Positions 1-9,021 of a stretch of 64,000 bases of DNA are shown one piece after another; position 1 is the first letter of the stretch, and every line of letters begins with the position of its first letter. The stretch is from contig JBGAGQ010000004.1 in the NCBI GenBank assembly GCA_044226625.1, positions 137,851 through 201,850 of the forward strand, written 5' to 3'. The notes under the pieces are model-generated. The model saw only the letters and a program-made list of their open reading frames with translations, did not search any database and was not told the DNA's origin. Position numbers and translations under genes: made by a program. This stretch comes from Thermoanaerobaculia bacterium (GTDB lineage: Bacteria; Acidobacteriota; Thermoanaerobaculia; Multivoradales; UBA5704).

Positions 1-531
1 GACGGATTCCGCCGAACGGAGGTTCCCCTTGAGCTTGGCGGCCCGCCGTGCGGCCAGGTACTCCCGCGGCGAGATTCCGGCGACGCGCAGGAACGTCCGT
101 TGAAGGTGCGAAGGGCTCGAGCCGGTTTCGCTCGCGAGGCGGGCGAGCGTGGGGGGCTCGGCCTCCGAGTCTTCCGCGGCCCGATCGAGCAGGGCGCGCA
201 CCCGCTGCGTCAAATCGAGATCGCTCGCGACCTCACCCGGCCGGCAACGGAGGCAGGCGCGAAATCCCGCGGCGAGCGCATCCGAGGGCTCGGGGAAGAA
301 GCTGACCCGCTCCCGAAGCGGCCGGCGGGAAGGACAGGAGGGGCGACAGAAAATGCCGGTCGACGAGACGGCGAAGACGAAGCGGCCGTCTTGCCCCCTG
401 TCGCGGGCGACGACCGCCGACCAGGCGGCTTCCTCGTCGAGCGCGGCGGCACGCGCCCCGGGCGTGGGCGATTTCTGGTTCGATTTCGGGTGCATCGGGC
501 GGCTCATCGGTACGGCGGTCGAGTTCCACAT
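1..531 (-). CDS. ada: Ada-family methylphosphotriester-DNA alkyltransferase / AraC-type regulator (5' part; runs off window start)
   Basis: Not in the ORF track. Manual translation from ATG 531 (AAGGAG upstream) gives ...WSAVVARDRGQDGRFVFAVSSTGIFCRPSCPSRRP...AGFRACLRCRP...SPSHLQRTF, i.e. the Ada Zn domain (CRPSC/CxRC) followed by an AraC HTH. Confidence 0.92.
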   Translation of the reverse strand, partial: MWNSTAVPMSRPMHPKSNQKSPTPGARAAALDEEAAWSAVVARDRGQDGRFVFAVSSTGIFCRPSCPSRRPLRERVSFFPEPSDALAAGFRACLRCRPGEVASDLDLTQRVRALLDRAAEDSEAEPPTLARLASETGSSPSHLQRTFLRVAGISPREYLAARRAAKLKGNLRSAESV

Positions 532-713
532 GTCGGCGTCTCCTTAGATCCTGGCGCAGGATGCCGCGGAACGCCAAGGCGTCGCACTCCGAAACTTGTC
601 GTCAAACCGCCAACCCCCGGAGGTGGTCCGATCACCGGCTCGACGGGCTACCATTGTGCCGACGGCCTGCCGCGCGGACCCGTCCGCAGGGTGGCAGAGA
701 AGGAGTCTCCAAC

Positions 714-1739
714 ATGAAGCCCCACCCCATCGGACTCATGGGGCTCGGGAGGATCGGACGCAACCTGGCCCGGATCCTCTACTCGAGCGACGAATTTCCC
801 ATCGCCGCGATCAGCGACATCGCCGATCACGCGGCGCTCGCCTATCTGCTCCGTTTCGACACGTTGCTGGGGGTCTTTCCGGAGCCGGTCTCCCTGGGCG
901 CCGACGGCCGGCTCGATCTCGCCGGACGAAGCGTCCCGATGCTCTCGGGAGAGAAGCCGGGGGACGTCCCCTGGGGCGACCTCGGGGTCGAGACGGTGAT
1001 CGAGGCGACCTCGAAATACCGTTCCCGGGGGGAGATCGAGAAGCACCTCGAGCGGGGCGCCAAGCGGGTCATCCTCTGCTCGCCGCCGGCCGATCCGCCG
1101 GACCTCACGGTCGTCGTCGGCGTCAACGACGGCGAGCTCCGCCGCGAGCACCGGATCGTCTCGAACGCTTCCTCGACCGCCCATGCCGCGGCGCCGCTGC
1201 TCGAGATCCTCGGCGACGCGTTCGGCATCGAGCGGGCGTTCCTCTCGACCGTCCACGCCTTGAGCAACCGGCAACGTCTGGCCGACGTCCCCTCCGACGA
1301 TCCGCGCCGCGGGCGCGCCGCGGCGGAGAACATCATCCCGCAGAGCAGCAACTCGGCCGAGGTGCTGGTCGGCCTCCTCCCCTCGCTCGCCGGGAAGATC
1401 ACGGGCATGGCGATGAACGTCCCGGTCGCGAACGGCTCGATCGTCGACCTCGTCTGTTGGCACGAAAAGCCGGTCACCGTGGCGGCGATCAACGACGCGC
1501 TGCGTTCGGCCGCCGCGAGCGAGCGTTGGCGGGGCATCTTGGCCTACGAAGAGGATCCGATCGTATCCTCCGACATCTTGAAGAGCACCTACTCCTCCAC
1601 CTACGACTCGCTGCTCACCATGGTGCTGGGCGAGAAAGTCTCGAAAACCCTGGCCTGGTTCGACAACGGTTGGGGATACGCGCACCGGGTCATCGACCTG
1701 CTGCGCAAGTTCCGCGCGCTCGACGGCGAGGAAGGTTGA
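714..1739 (+). CDS. GAPDH-like protein lacking the catalytic cysteine (probable pseudoenzyme)
   Basis: AGGAG RBS before ATG 714. GLGRIGR, PWGDLGV and WFDNGWGY show the type I GAPDH fold, but the active site reads SNASSTAH rather than SNASCTTN. Confidence 0.9.
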   Translation: MKPHPIGLMGLGRIGRNLARILYSSDEFPIAAISDIADHAALAYLLRFDTLLGVFPEPVSLGADGRLDLAGRSVPMLSGEKPGDVPWGDLGVETVIEATSKYRSRGEIEKHLERGAKRVILCSPPADPPDLTVVVGVNDGELRREHRIVSNASSTAHAAAPLLEILGDAFGIERAFLSTVHALSNRQRLADVPSDDPRRGRAAAENIIPQSSNSAEVLVGLLPSLAGKITGMAMNVPVANGSIVDLVCWHEKPVTVAAINDALRSAAASERWRGILAYEEDPIVSSDILKSTYSSTYDSLLTMVLGEKVSKTLAWFDNGWGYAHRVIDLLRKFRALDGEEG

Positions 1740-1744
1740 ACGAC

Positions 1745-2773
1745 ATGGACAGCGCCACGCACCGCTCGCCCACCCGCATCGGTATCAACGGCTTCGGACG
1801 CATCGGCCGGAGCGTCTTTCGCATCCTCTCCGACCGCGAGGATCTCGAGGTGGTCGCGATCAACGACCTCTACGAGAACGAGCAGCTCGCCTATCTCTTG
1901 AAATATGACTCCCTGATGCGCACCTTCCCGCGCGCGGTGAAGACCGACGACGATTTCCTCTACGTCGACGATCGGAAGATCGCGATGACCGCGGAAAAGG
2001 ATCCGGCGCAGATTCCCTGGGCCGGGCTGGGCGTCGATCTGGTGATCGAGTCGTCGGGCGTCTTCACCAAACGGGAGAAGCTCGAGAAGCACCTGACGGC
2101 GGGAGCGAAGAAGGTGGTCCTCACCGTTCCGGCGAAGGACGAGATCGACGCCACGATCGTCGTCGGCGTGAACGACGACACGCTGCTCCCCTCGCACCGG
2201 ATCGTCTCGAACGCCTCGTGCACCACCAACTGCCTGGCGCCGATCGCCAAGATCCTCGACGACTCGTTCGGCATCGTCGAAGGCTTCCTGACCACGGTGC
2301 ACGCCTACACCAACGACCAGCGTCTCGCCGACGTCCCCCACAAGGATTTTCGCCGTAGCCGGGCGGCGACCCAGAACATCATCCCGACGACCACCGGCGC
2401 CGCGCGCGCGGTGGGAAAGGTCCTGCCGAAGCTCAAGGGCAAGCTCGACGGTCTCGCCATGCGCGTGCCGGTGCCCGACGGATCGACGATCGATTTCGTC
2501 TGCCGTCTGAACGCGAGGCCGAACGTCGCGGACGTCAACGCGGCGGTGCGGACGGCGGCCGAGGGCTCCTTCCTCCGGCTGGTCGAATACAGCGAGGTGC
2601 CTCTGGTTTCCTCCGACATCATCGGCAACCCGCACTCGTCGATCTTCGACGCCCTCTCCACCCAGGCGACCGGCGACGGCTTCGCGAAGGTCGTCGCCTG
2701 GTACGACAACGAATGGGGCTATTCGAACCGCCTGGTCGACCTGATCGACCGGATGGTGGCGGTGGGAGGCTAG
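1745..2773 (+). CDS. gap: Type I glyceraldehyde-3-phosphate dehydrogenase
   Basis: IGINGFGRIGR, SNASCTTNCLAP, TTVHAYT, NIIPTTTGAA, MRVP and WYDNEWGY are all intact. Start ATG 1745. Confidence 0.97.
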   Translation: MDSATHRSPTRIGINGFGRIGRSVFRILSDREDLEVVAINDLYENEQLAYLLKYDSLMRTFPRAVKTDDDFLYVDDRKIAMTAEKDPAQIPWAGLGVDLVIESSGVFTKREKLEKHLTAGAKKVVLTVPAKDEIDATIVVGVNDDTLLPSHRIVSNASCTTNCLAPIAKILDDSFGIVEGFLTTVHAYTNDQRLADVPHKDFRRSRAATQNIIPTTTGAARAVGKVLPKLKGKLDGLAMRVPVPDGSTIDFVCRLNARPNVADVNAAVRTAAEGSFLRLVEYSEVPLVSSDIIGNPHSSIFDALSTQATGDGFAKVVAWYDNEWGYSNRLVDLIDRMVAVGG

Positions 2774-2818
2774 CCGGCCGCCCACCGCGATGCCGGCCCG
2801 GCGCGGACTACGGCCGGC

Positions 2819-3385
2819 CTACCGCCGGGCGACCGAGGTGCCCGGCTTGGCGCCGCCGAGGAGCCGGATTTGCTCGTCGATCGCCTTCGTCAGTTGCGCG
2901 CCCGCGGAGGATCCCCAGTCAATCTGCTGGTGGGCGATGCGCCCCTTGCCGTCGATCACGAAGTAAGTGGGAAATCCCTGGACGCCGTACGCGCGGCGCA
3001 GCTTGCCCTCACCATCCCAAACCTGCGTAGCGGGTGAGGGGTTGGCTTCGAGGAACAGGCGAAGCGTCGCGAGCGTCTGGTCCCCGCTCACGGAGATCAT
3101 CGTGAACTTCGCCGGGTCGTACCGCCGGACGATCGCGTCGAGCTGCGGCAACGCCGCGCGGCATGGACCGCACCAGGTGGCCCAAAAGTCGAGCAGGACG
3201 ACTTTTCCCGCCAAATCTTTGGCGTGAATCAGATGCCCGTCGACGGTCGCAAACTCGAGCGTCGGAGCCGGGATCAGGGCGGGGGCCGGGGCGGCGGCCG
3301 GTTCCGCGCCGCGCGCCTCCGCCGGCGTCACTCCCGCCCAGATCGCGAGCGTAGCGGCGAAGCAGGCGGCCGTGAGTGCTCTCAC
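2819..3385 (-). CDS. TlpA-family thiol-disulfide reductase (exported)
   Basis: Signal peptide; GKVVLLDFWATWCGPC; GFPT cis-Pro loop. Confidence 0.9.
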   Translation of the reverse strand: MRALTAACFAATLAIWAGVTPAEARGAEPAAAPAPALIPAPTLEFATVDGHLIHAKDLAGKVVLLDFWATWCGPCRAALPQLDAIVRRYDPAKFTMISVSGDQTLATLRLFLEANPSPATQVWDGEGKLRRAYGVQGFPTYFVIDGKGRIAHQQIDWGSSAGAQLTKAIDEQIRLLGGAKPGTSVARR

Positions 3386-3918
3386 GCCTTGCTCCGGCCG
3401 GCCGCGAGCTTGCCGAGCTCCGCCGTTATCGCCCGGTCGAGATCCGGTCCGTACCCGTCGCGCCAGCCGTAGAGGGTGTAGACCACTCGCCCCTCGGGAT
3501 CGATCAACAGATGGGTCGGCAGGCCCTGGACGTTGAACTGCGCGCTCAGCTGACCTCGTCCGTCCCAGACCTGATGTGACATCGGCGGATGCTGGGTGAG
3601 GAAACGCCGCACCGGCTCCTCACTCGAGTCGGCGCTGATCGAGATCCGGGCGAACGGCTTACCGGAGAGGCGTTGGGTGATCGCCTCCACTTCCGGCCGC
3701 GATTTCGCGCAGTAGCCGCACCAGGTCGCCCAGAAATCGACCAGCACGACCTTGCCGGCGAAATCCTTCGGACCGATCTCCTTGCCGTCGATCGTGCGGA
3801 ACTGGAGCGTCGGGGCCGGGTAGGGCTGGACGGCCGAAGTCCGAGTCGGAGCGGCGTCCGCGGCGAAGGCCAGCAACGCGAGGCCGCAGGCGGCGAACAG
3901 GGCATAGATTCGTTTCAC
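3382..3918 (-). CDS. TlpA-family thiol-disulfide reductase (exported)
   Basis: GTG 3918 after AAGGAG; signal peptide; DFWATWCGYC; GLPT; GTGA overlap with the downstream paralog. Confidence 0.9.
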   Translation of the reverse strand: MKRIYALFAACGLALLAFAADAAPTRTSAVQPYPAPTLQFRTIDGKEIGPKDFAGKVVLVDFWATWCGYCAKSRPEVEAITQRLSGKPFARISISADSSEEPVRRFLTQHPPMSHQVWDGRGQLSAQFNVQGLPTHLLIDPEGRVVYTLYGWRDGYGPDLDRAITAELGKLAAGRSKA

Positions 3919-4119
3919 GATCTCTCCTTCGAGTCCCAACGGTCCGAGAGGCGGTCGGCCAAAGCGGCGTGTCTCGACCGAACGGCGGGCCAAGCTGCAA
4001 ACCGCATGCACGGCTTTCGTGGCGGTGCTAGGCTCTACTCCCAACCCGATCGAGAACCCTACCCTTCCCGGTCCAGCTCCTCCATCCCTCCCTTTCCTCT
4101 ATCGAGGCAACGAGCGAAT

Positions 4120-5160
4120 ATGGCCGACGCACCCCGATTCCGGGTCCAATCCCAGTTTCTACAGCAGGTCCGCGCCAGATTCGGCAAGCTGGCCCGATGG
4201 GTCCTGCTCCTCATCATCCCTCTCGTGCTGCTGCGCGCCTGCCTGGTCACGTACGTACCGCCCGACCAGATCGGCGTCCGGCAGATCGCGTTCGGTGTGA
4301 CCAAGGGCCTACAGAAGGAAGCGGTCTATCCCGGCTGGCGCCGCGAGGTTTCCGGCTTCGAGCGGATCGAGACCTTTCCCCGCAACATCCAGGTGGTCGA
4401 GTTCACCAACAACTCTCAAGAGACGTCGGAAGGCCATCGCCAGATGGCGGCGATCCGCGTGCCGACGGTGGACGGCTATCCGGTCGACATCGACGTGACG
4501 GTCCAGTTCCGGATCGCCGATCCGTATCTGGTCGTCTCGAAGTTCGGCTTCGGCAAGAACTACGAGGACGCCGCGGTGGTTCGCCTGACCGATCCGCTCG
4601 CCAAGCAATATCTCGGCGACTTGCTCGCCGAAGAGTTCTATAAGCACGCGCGCCTAAACAAGGTGAAGTCGCTCAAGGCCGCGCTCCAAGAGCGCCTGAA
4701 GGCGAACGGCCTGCACCTGGTCGACGTGCTGGTTCGCCAGTACGACTATCCCGAGACGTTCCAAACCCTCACCGAGCAGCGCAAGCTCCAAGATCAATCG
4801 GTCCTCACCAACCGCGAGCTCGCCAAGCAAGCGGAGGTGCAGACGCGGTTGAACCAGGTGATCGCCCAGGGACAGAACCTGGTCAACGTCGAGACGGCCA
4901 AATTCGAGGCGCAGATCACCGAGATCAACGCCAAGAAGGACCTCTACGAGCGGCAGAAGCACGCCGAGGCCGACCTGCTGGTCAAATCGGCGGAGGCGAG
5001 CGGGACCGAGGCGATCAACCGCGCGCTCGAAGGCTCGGGCTCGTCGAAGCTGCTGCGCCTGCGGCGCGGCCTTGCGCTCCTCGACGCGATTCATGGGCCG
5101 ATCTACATCACCGAAGATCCGACCAACCTCGACAAATACGTCGGCGGGAACCAGAAATGA
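4120..5160 (+). CDS. SPFH/band-7 domain membrane protein
   Basis: N-terminal TM; YVPPDQIGV, TVDGYPVDIDVTVQFRI (SPFH); Ala/Glu/Gln-rich coiled-coil C-terminus. Confidence 0.85.
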   Translation: MADAPRFRVQSQFLQQVRARFGKLARWVLLLIIPLVLLRACLVTYVPPDQIGVRQIAFGVTKGLQKEAVYPGWRREVSGFERIETFPRNIQVVEFTNNSQETSEGHRQMAAIRVPTVDGYPVDIDVTVQFRIADPYLVVSKFGFGKNYEDAAVVRLTDPLAKQYLGDLLAEEFYKHARLNKVKSLKAALQERLKANGLHLVDVLVRQYDYPETFQTLTEQRKLQDQSVLTNRELAKQAEVQTRLNQVIAQGQNLVNVETAKFEAQITEINAKKDLYERQKHAEADLLVKSAEASGTEAINRALEGSGSSKLLRLRRGLALLDAIHGPIYITEDPTNLDKYVGGNQK

Positions 5161-6227
5161 AACGGCTCTCCAACCTCTCCGCCCGCCCGCTCGGCTCCGG
5201 TCTCGCGCTCGCCGCGCTGCTCCTCCCGCTCGCTCTGGCCGGTTGCGTTCCGTCCCATACCGGAGCCACGGAAGTCGGCGTTCGGTTCAACAAGCTCACC
5301 GGTAGCTATTCCGAATACCCTCCGGGCGCCACCTACTTCTTCGTCCCGGTCGTCGGGGACTGGCAGGTGTTCGACATCTCGCTCCGGAACCTCGCGATGA
5401 CGGCCGACGCGAAGTCCGGCGACCGCACGGGCAAGGACGACCTGCGCTTCAAGACTCGGGACGGCAACGACATCGAGACCGACGTGACGATCCGCTGGCG
5501 CATCGATCCGACCAAGGCCGCCTACGTCTGGAAATTCGTCGCGGGCTCGACCAACGAGGTCGAGGAGCGCCTGGTCCGGCCGCAGGCCAGGACCTACATC
5601 CGCGACGTGCTGAACCGGCTCGACTCCGAAGAGTTCTACAACCCGACCAAGCGGTTCGCTGCCGCCAACGATGCGACGCGAATCCTCGCCGCCCATCTAG
5701 AGCCATATGGCGTGTTGGTCGAACAGGTGCTGCTCGGCGACTTCCAGTTCAAGCCGGAGTATCAGGCGCTGATCAACAAGCGGAAAGAAGCCGAAAAGCA
5801 GGCCGAGAAACTCGAGTCCGAGATCAAGGCGACCGCCCAGTTGAATCAGGCGAACCTCCAGGCGAAGATCGCCGAGCTGACCGAGAAGCTCACGCGCGCG
5901 GACGGCGAATACCAGCAAGCCCAGAAGGCGGCCGACGCCTATCTCGTCCAGCGCCAACAAGAAGCGACCGCCACGCTCGCCGAAAAGAAGGCGACCGCCG
6001 AGGGAATCCGGCGCGAGCGCGATGCTCTGAACGGCAGCGCCGGCGACGCCTACGTCAACCTCCAGCTGATCGACGCGCTGCGCAAGAAAGAGCTGCGGCA
6101 GATTCCGAAGCTCCCCGGCGGCAACACGATCATCGACGGCAACCGGCTGCTCGAACAGCTCGGCCTGATCCGCTACGCGGAGCGTGCCGAAAGCGCGGCG
6201 ACCGAGAGCTCGGAGCCGCCACGATAG
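5157..6227 (+). CDS. SPFH/band-7 domain protein, probable lipoprotein
   Basis: Lipobox-like LAGC; EVGVRFNK, TRDGNDIETDVTIRWRI; coiled coil; ATGA overlap with the previous gene. Confidence 0.85.
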   Translation: MKRLSNLSARPLGSGLALAALLLPLALAGCVPSHTGATEVGVRFNKLTGSYSEYPPGATYFFVPVVGDWQVFDISLRNLAMTADAKSGDRTGKDDLRFKTRDGNDIETDVTIRWRIDPTKAAYVWKFVAGSTNEVEERLVRPQARTYIRDVLNRLDSEEFYNPTKRFAAANDATRILAAHLEPYGVLVEQVLLGDFQFKPEYQALINKRKEAEKQAEKLESEIKATAQLNQANLQAKIAELTEKLTRADGEYQQAQKAADAYLVQRQQEATATLAEKKATAEGIRRERDALNGSAGDAYVNLQLIDALRKKELRQIPKLPGGNTIIDGNRLLEQLGLIRYAERAESAATESSEPPR

Positions 6228-6235
6228 GCACCGCC

Positions 6236-6925
6236 ATGATCAACCTCGCGGGCACGTCGTTCGATTTCGGCAACGTCCTGTTCGCCGTACTCCAGGAGTG
6301 CGAGCACCAGCGCCGCGCGCTCCTTCCCGCGGAGGCCGAAGGGAGGCTCCAGGAGATCGCGGCCCGCAAGCTCGCCGAGATCCGCGCGAGCTATGAAGAG
6401 GCAGGAGGGTTGCCGAGCTATTGGCAGATGCTCGAAAAGGAAGTGATGGTCGCAACCCTCCCCCAGTACATCAAGCACGCGATCGAGCAGACCCGTCTCG
6501 AGCAATCGAACTTCGACCTCTGGCGCCACGGCGACCCGGCCTCCCGGATGATTTACGCGCTCGGCGGCCTGGTGATCGGCGGTCTGATCTGGTGGGCGCC
6601 GTTCATCCCGATCTACGAGAAATGGCTCGCGCCGGCGCTGGCGGGCATCGGATTCATCTATCCCGAGTTGCGCCGCTGGGTTTTCGAGCTACGCCACATC
6701 CGGATGCTGAATCGGCTGGTCGGCCACGCCGAGAAGTATCAAAAAGACCGTCGCCTGCACGCCTACTCGACGCAGAAGGAGCTCGACGAGGCGCTGGGCG
6801 CACTGGGTGGGCGAACCTCGTCCGCGGCGCCGAGCGCCGAGCCGGTGATTCCCATCCGTCCCTTCGATTCCCAGCCGTCAAACGGCGCCACGGCTTCGCG
6901 ACCACCGGGGGAGAGGTCGCGATGA
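6236..6925 (+). CDS. Hypothetical membrane protein (helical N-domain plus two TM segments)
   Basis: 229-aa ORF 8 bp after the SPFH pair; two hydrophobic segments (ALGGLVIGGLIWWAPFI, WLAPALAGIGFIY). Confidence 0.75.
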   Translation: MINLAGTSFDFGNVLFAVLQECEHQRRALLPAEAEGRLQEIAARKLAEIRASYEEAGGLPSYWQMLEKEVMVATLPQYIKHAIEQTRLEQSNFDLWRHGDPASRMIYALGGLVIGGLIWWAPFIPIYEKWLAPALAGIGFIYPELRRWVFELRHIRMLNRLVGHAEKYQKDRRLHAYSTQKELDEALGALGGRTSSAAPSAEPVIPIRPFDSQPSNGATASRPPGERSR

Positions 6926-7638
6926 GCGACGGCTGCATCGTCTGCGGCGAGCATGCCGGAGAGCATGCCGGCGATCTGGTACCGGCGGAGCTGGTTCGAC
7001 CGGCGCTCGCCCGCTTGATCGCGACCGATCACCCCTCCTGGAGCCCCCAGAGCAGCGTTTGCGTCCAAGACCTCGCGCGCTATCAGGCGCGGCAGGCCGA
7101 GAGCCTGCTCGAGTCGGAGATCGGCGAGCTGACCGATCTCGAGCGCGAAGTCGTCTCGATGATCGAAAGCCAGAGCCTGCTTTCGGCCAGCCTTCGCGCC
7201 GACCGCGAGCCGGAGCTCTCGCTCGGGGATCGGGTCGCGGACCGGGTCGCGAAGTTCGGCGGCAGCTGGAAGTTCATCTTGAGCTTCGGCGCCCTTTTGG
7301 CCGTCTGGATCGCGATCAATTCGATCGTCCTGCTCGCCCGGCCGTTCGATCCTTATCCGTTCATCCTGCTCAACCTGATCCTCTCCTGCATTGCGGCGCT
7401 CCAAGCTCCGGTGATCATGATGAGCCAGAACCGGCAAGAGGCCAAAGACCGGGCTCGCGCCGAAAACGACTATCAGGTCAACCTCAAGGCCGAGCTCGAG
7501 ATCCGCCTGATCGCGAGCCGGATCGACCATCTGCTCCACCACCAGTGGAAGAAGCTGCTCGAGGTCCAGCAGATCCAGATCGACTTGATCGAGCAACTCG
7601 CGCGGACCCGGAAGCCGGACGAGGTGAAGACGCCGTGA
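6922..7638 (+). CDS. DUF1003-family membrane protein
   Basis: DRVADRVAKFGGSWKF, FDPYPFILLNLILSCIAALQAPVIMMSQNRQ, DYQVNLKAELEI. Confidence 0.92.
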   Translation: MSDGCIVCGEHAGEHAGDLVPAELVRPALARLIATDHPSWSPQSSVCVQDLARYQARQAESLLESEIGELTDLEREVVSMIESQSLLSASLRADREPELSLGDRVADRVAKFGGSWKFILSFGALLAVWIAINSIVLLARPFDPYPFILLNLILSCIAALQAPVIMMSQNRQEAKDRARAENDYQVNLKAELEIRLIASRIDHLLHHQWKKLLEVQQIQIDLIEQLARTRKPDEVKTP

Positions 7639-8783
7639 GCACCCCGGCCGACCGGGATGCCGAGGCTGTCGCGCGGTATCTCCGCAACCTGCAGGCCGAG
7701 ACCGACGGTGCCTTCCTCTATCGAGCCCTCGCCGAAGCCGAGGACGAGGCGGCGATCGCGGAGGTCTATCGCGGCATGGCCGACGCGGAAGAGCGCCATG
7801 CCGCGCTCTGGCGCGAAAAGCTCGAACGGTCGGGCTGGAAGGGCCCGTCGCCGCGGCCGAGCGGTCGCTCGCGCGTCCTCGCCTGGCTCGCCCGCAGGTT
7901 CGGACCGCGAATGATTCTCTCGACCGTGGTCGGTATGGAACGGGCGGACATGGGCGGGTACCGCTCGCAAGCGGAAGCCGAAAGCGCCGGCCTCCCGGCC
8001 GAGGAGAAGCGGCACGGCCGGCTACTCGGCGAGATCCTTCGCGGCACGGCAGGAAGCGGTCTCGAAGGGGCGCAGGTCGCCCGTTACGAGCGGGGCCACC
8101 GGGCGGTCGGCGGCAACGCGCTGCGAGCCGCCGTCCTGGGCGCGAACGACGGCCTGGTTTCGAACCTGAGCTTGGTGATGGGCGTCGCGGGGGCGAACCT
8201 TTCGAACCAAGCGATCCTGATCACGGGCCTCGCGGGGCTGCTCGCCGGAGCGATTTCGATGGCGCTCGGCGAATGGCTTTCGGTCCAGAGCTCCCGCGAG
8301 CTGTTCCTGCGCCAGATCGCGGTCGAGCGCGACGAACTCGCGGCCGATCCGGCCGGCGAGGCGGAAGAGCTCGCGCGGATCTATCGCCGCAAAGGGCTCG
8401 AGCCCGCCCAGGCGCGAGCGGTCGCCGACCGTTTGATGGCCGACCCGGAGTCGGCGCTCGATACCCTGGCGCGGGAAGAGCTCGGAGTCGACCCGGGAGA
8501 GCTCGGCGGCTCGGCCTGGGAAGCCGCGTTCACCTCGTTCGCGCTGTTCGCGGTGGGGGCGGTCGTACCCGTCGCGCCGTTCCTCGTCTCTTCCGGGCTC
8601 ACGGCGGTCGGCGCGAGCCTGGCGGTCTCGGCGATCGGCCTGTTCGGGATCGGCGCGGCGATCACTCTGTTGACCGGCCGGACCGTCCTCTTCTCCGGCA
8701 GTCGCCAGATGCTGTTCGGGCTCACCGCGGCGGCCGTGACCTTCGGCATCGGAAAGCTCATGGGGGTGGCGGTTTCAGGCTGA
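7635..8783 (+). CDS. VIT1/CCC1 Fe/Mn transporter with N-terminal rubrerythrin-like domain
   Basis: ExDGAxLY...EERH...EEKRH ferritin-like motifs; LRAAVLGANDGLVSN; GAISMALGEWLSV. Confidence 0.92.
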   Translation: MSTPADRDAEAVARYLRNLQAETDGAFLYRALAEAEDEAAIAEVYRGMADAEERHAALWREKLERSGWKGPSPRPSGRSRVLAWLARRFGPRMILSTVVGMERADMGGYRSQAEAESAGLPAEEKRHGRLLGEILRGTAGSGLEGAQVARYERGHRAVGGNALRAAVLGANDGLVSNLSLVMGVAGANLSNQAILITGLAGLLAGAISMALGEWLSVQSSRELFLRQIAVERDELAADPAGEAEELARIYRRKGLEPAQARAVADRLMADPESALDTLAREELGVDPGELGGSAWEAAFTSFALFAVGAVVPVAPFLVSSGLTAVGASLAVSAIGLFGIGAAITLLTGRTVLFSGSRQMLFGLTAAAVTFGIGKLMGVAVSG

Positions 8784-9021
8784 GCGGCACTCATTTCACG
8801 CTCGACGCCCCACCTCGACGGCGACGTCTTCCAGGACCAAGCCCCGAAGTTGCAATTTTTCTGTAACGAAGGCCCGTACCGGAGCGCCCCTCTCCTTCGA
8901 GCCGCCTTCGACGCGCGATGAAGGATCCGCTGAAATCTCCTTCCGCGGCCGTCTAGTTGGGCGTGCGAGCCGCCGCCTTCGCGCGAGCCTTGCCGGCCCG
9001 CGCTTCGAGAGGAGAACCGCC

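Noticed and set aside
596-1744. N-terminal extension making gap a 725-aa protein or a GAPDH-GAPDH fusion
   Set aside because: The extension is an off-frame reading of the first GAPDH-like gene. The two genes are in different frames, with a stop at 1739 and a new ATG at 1745.
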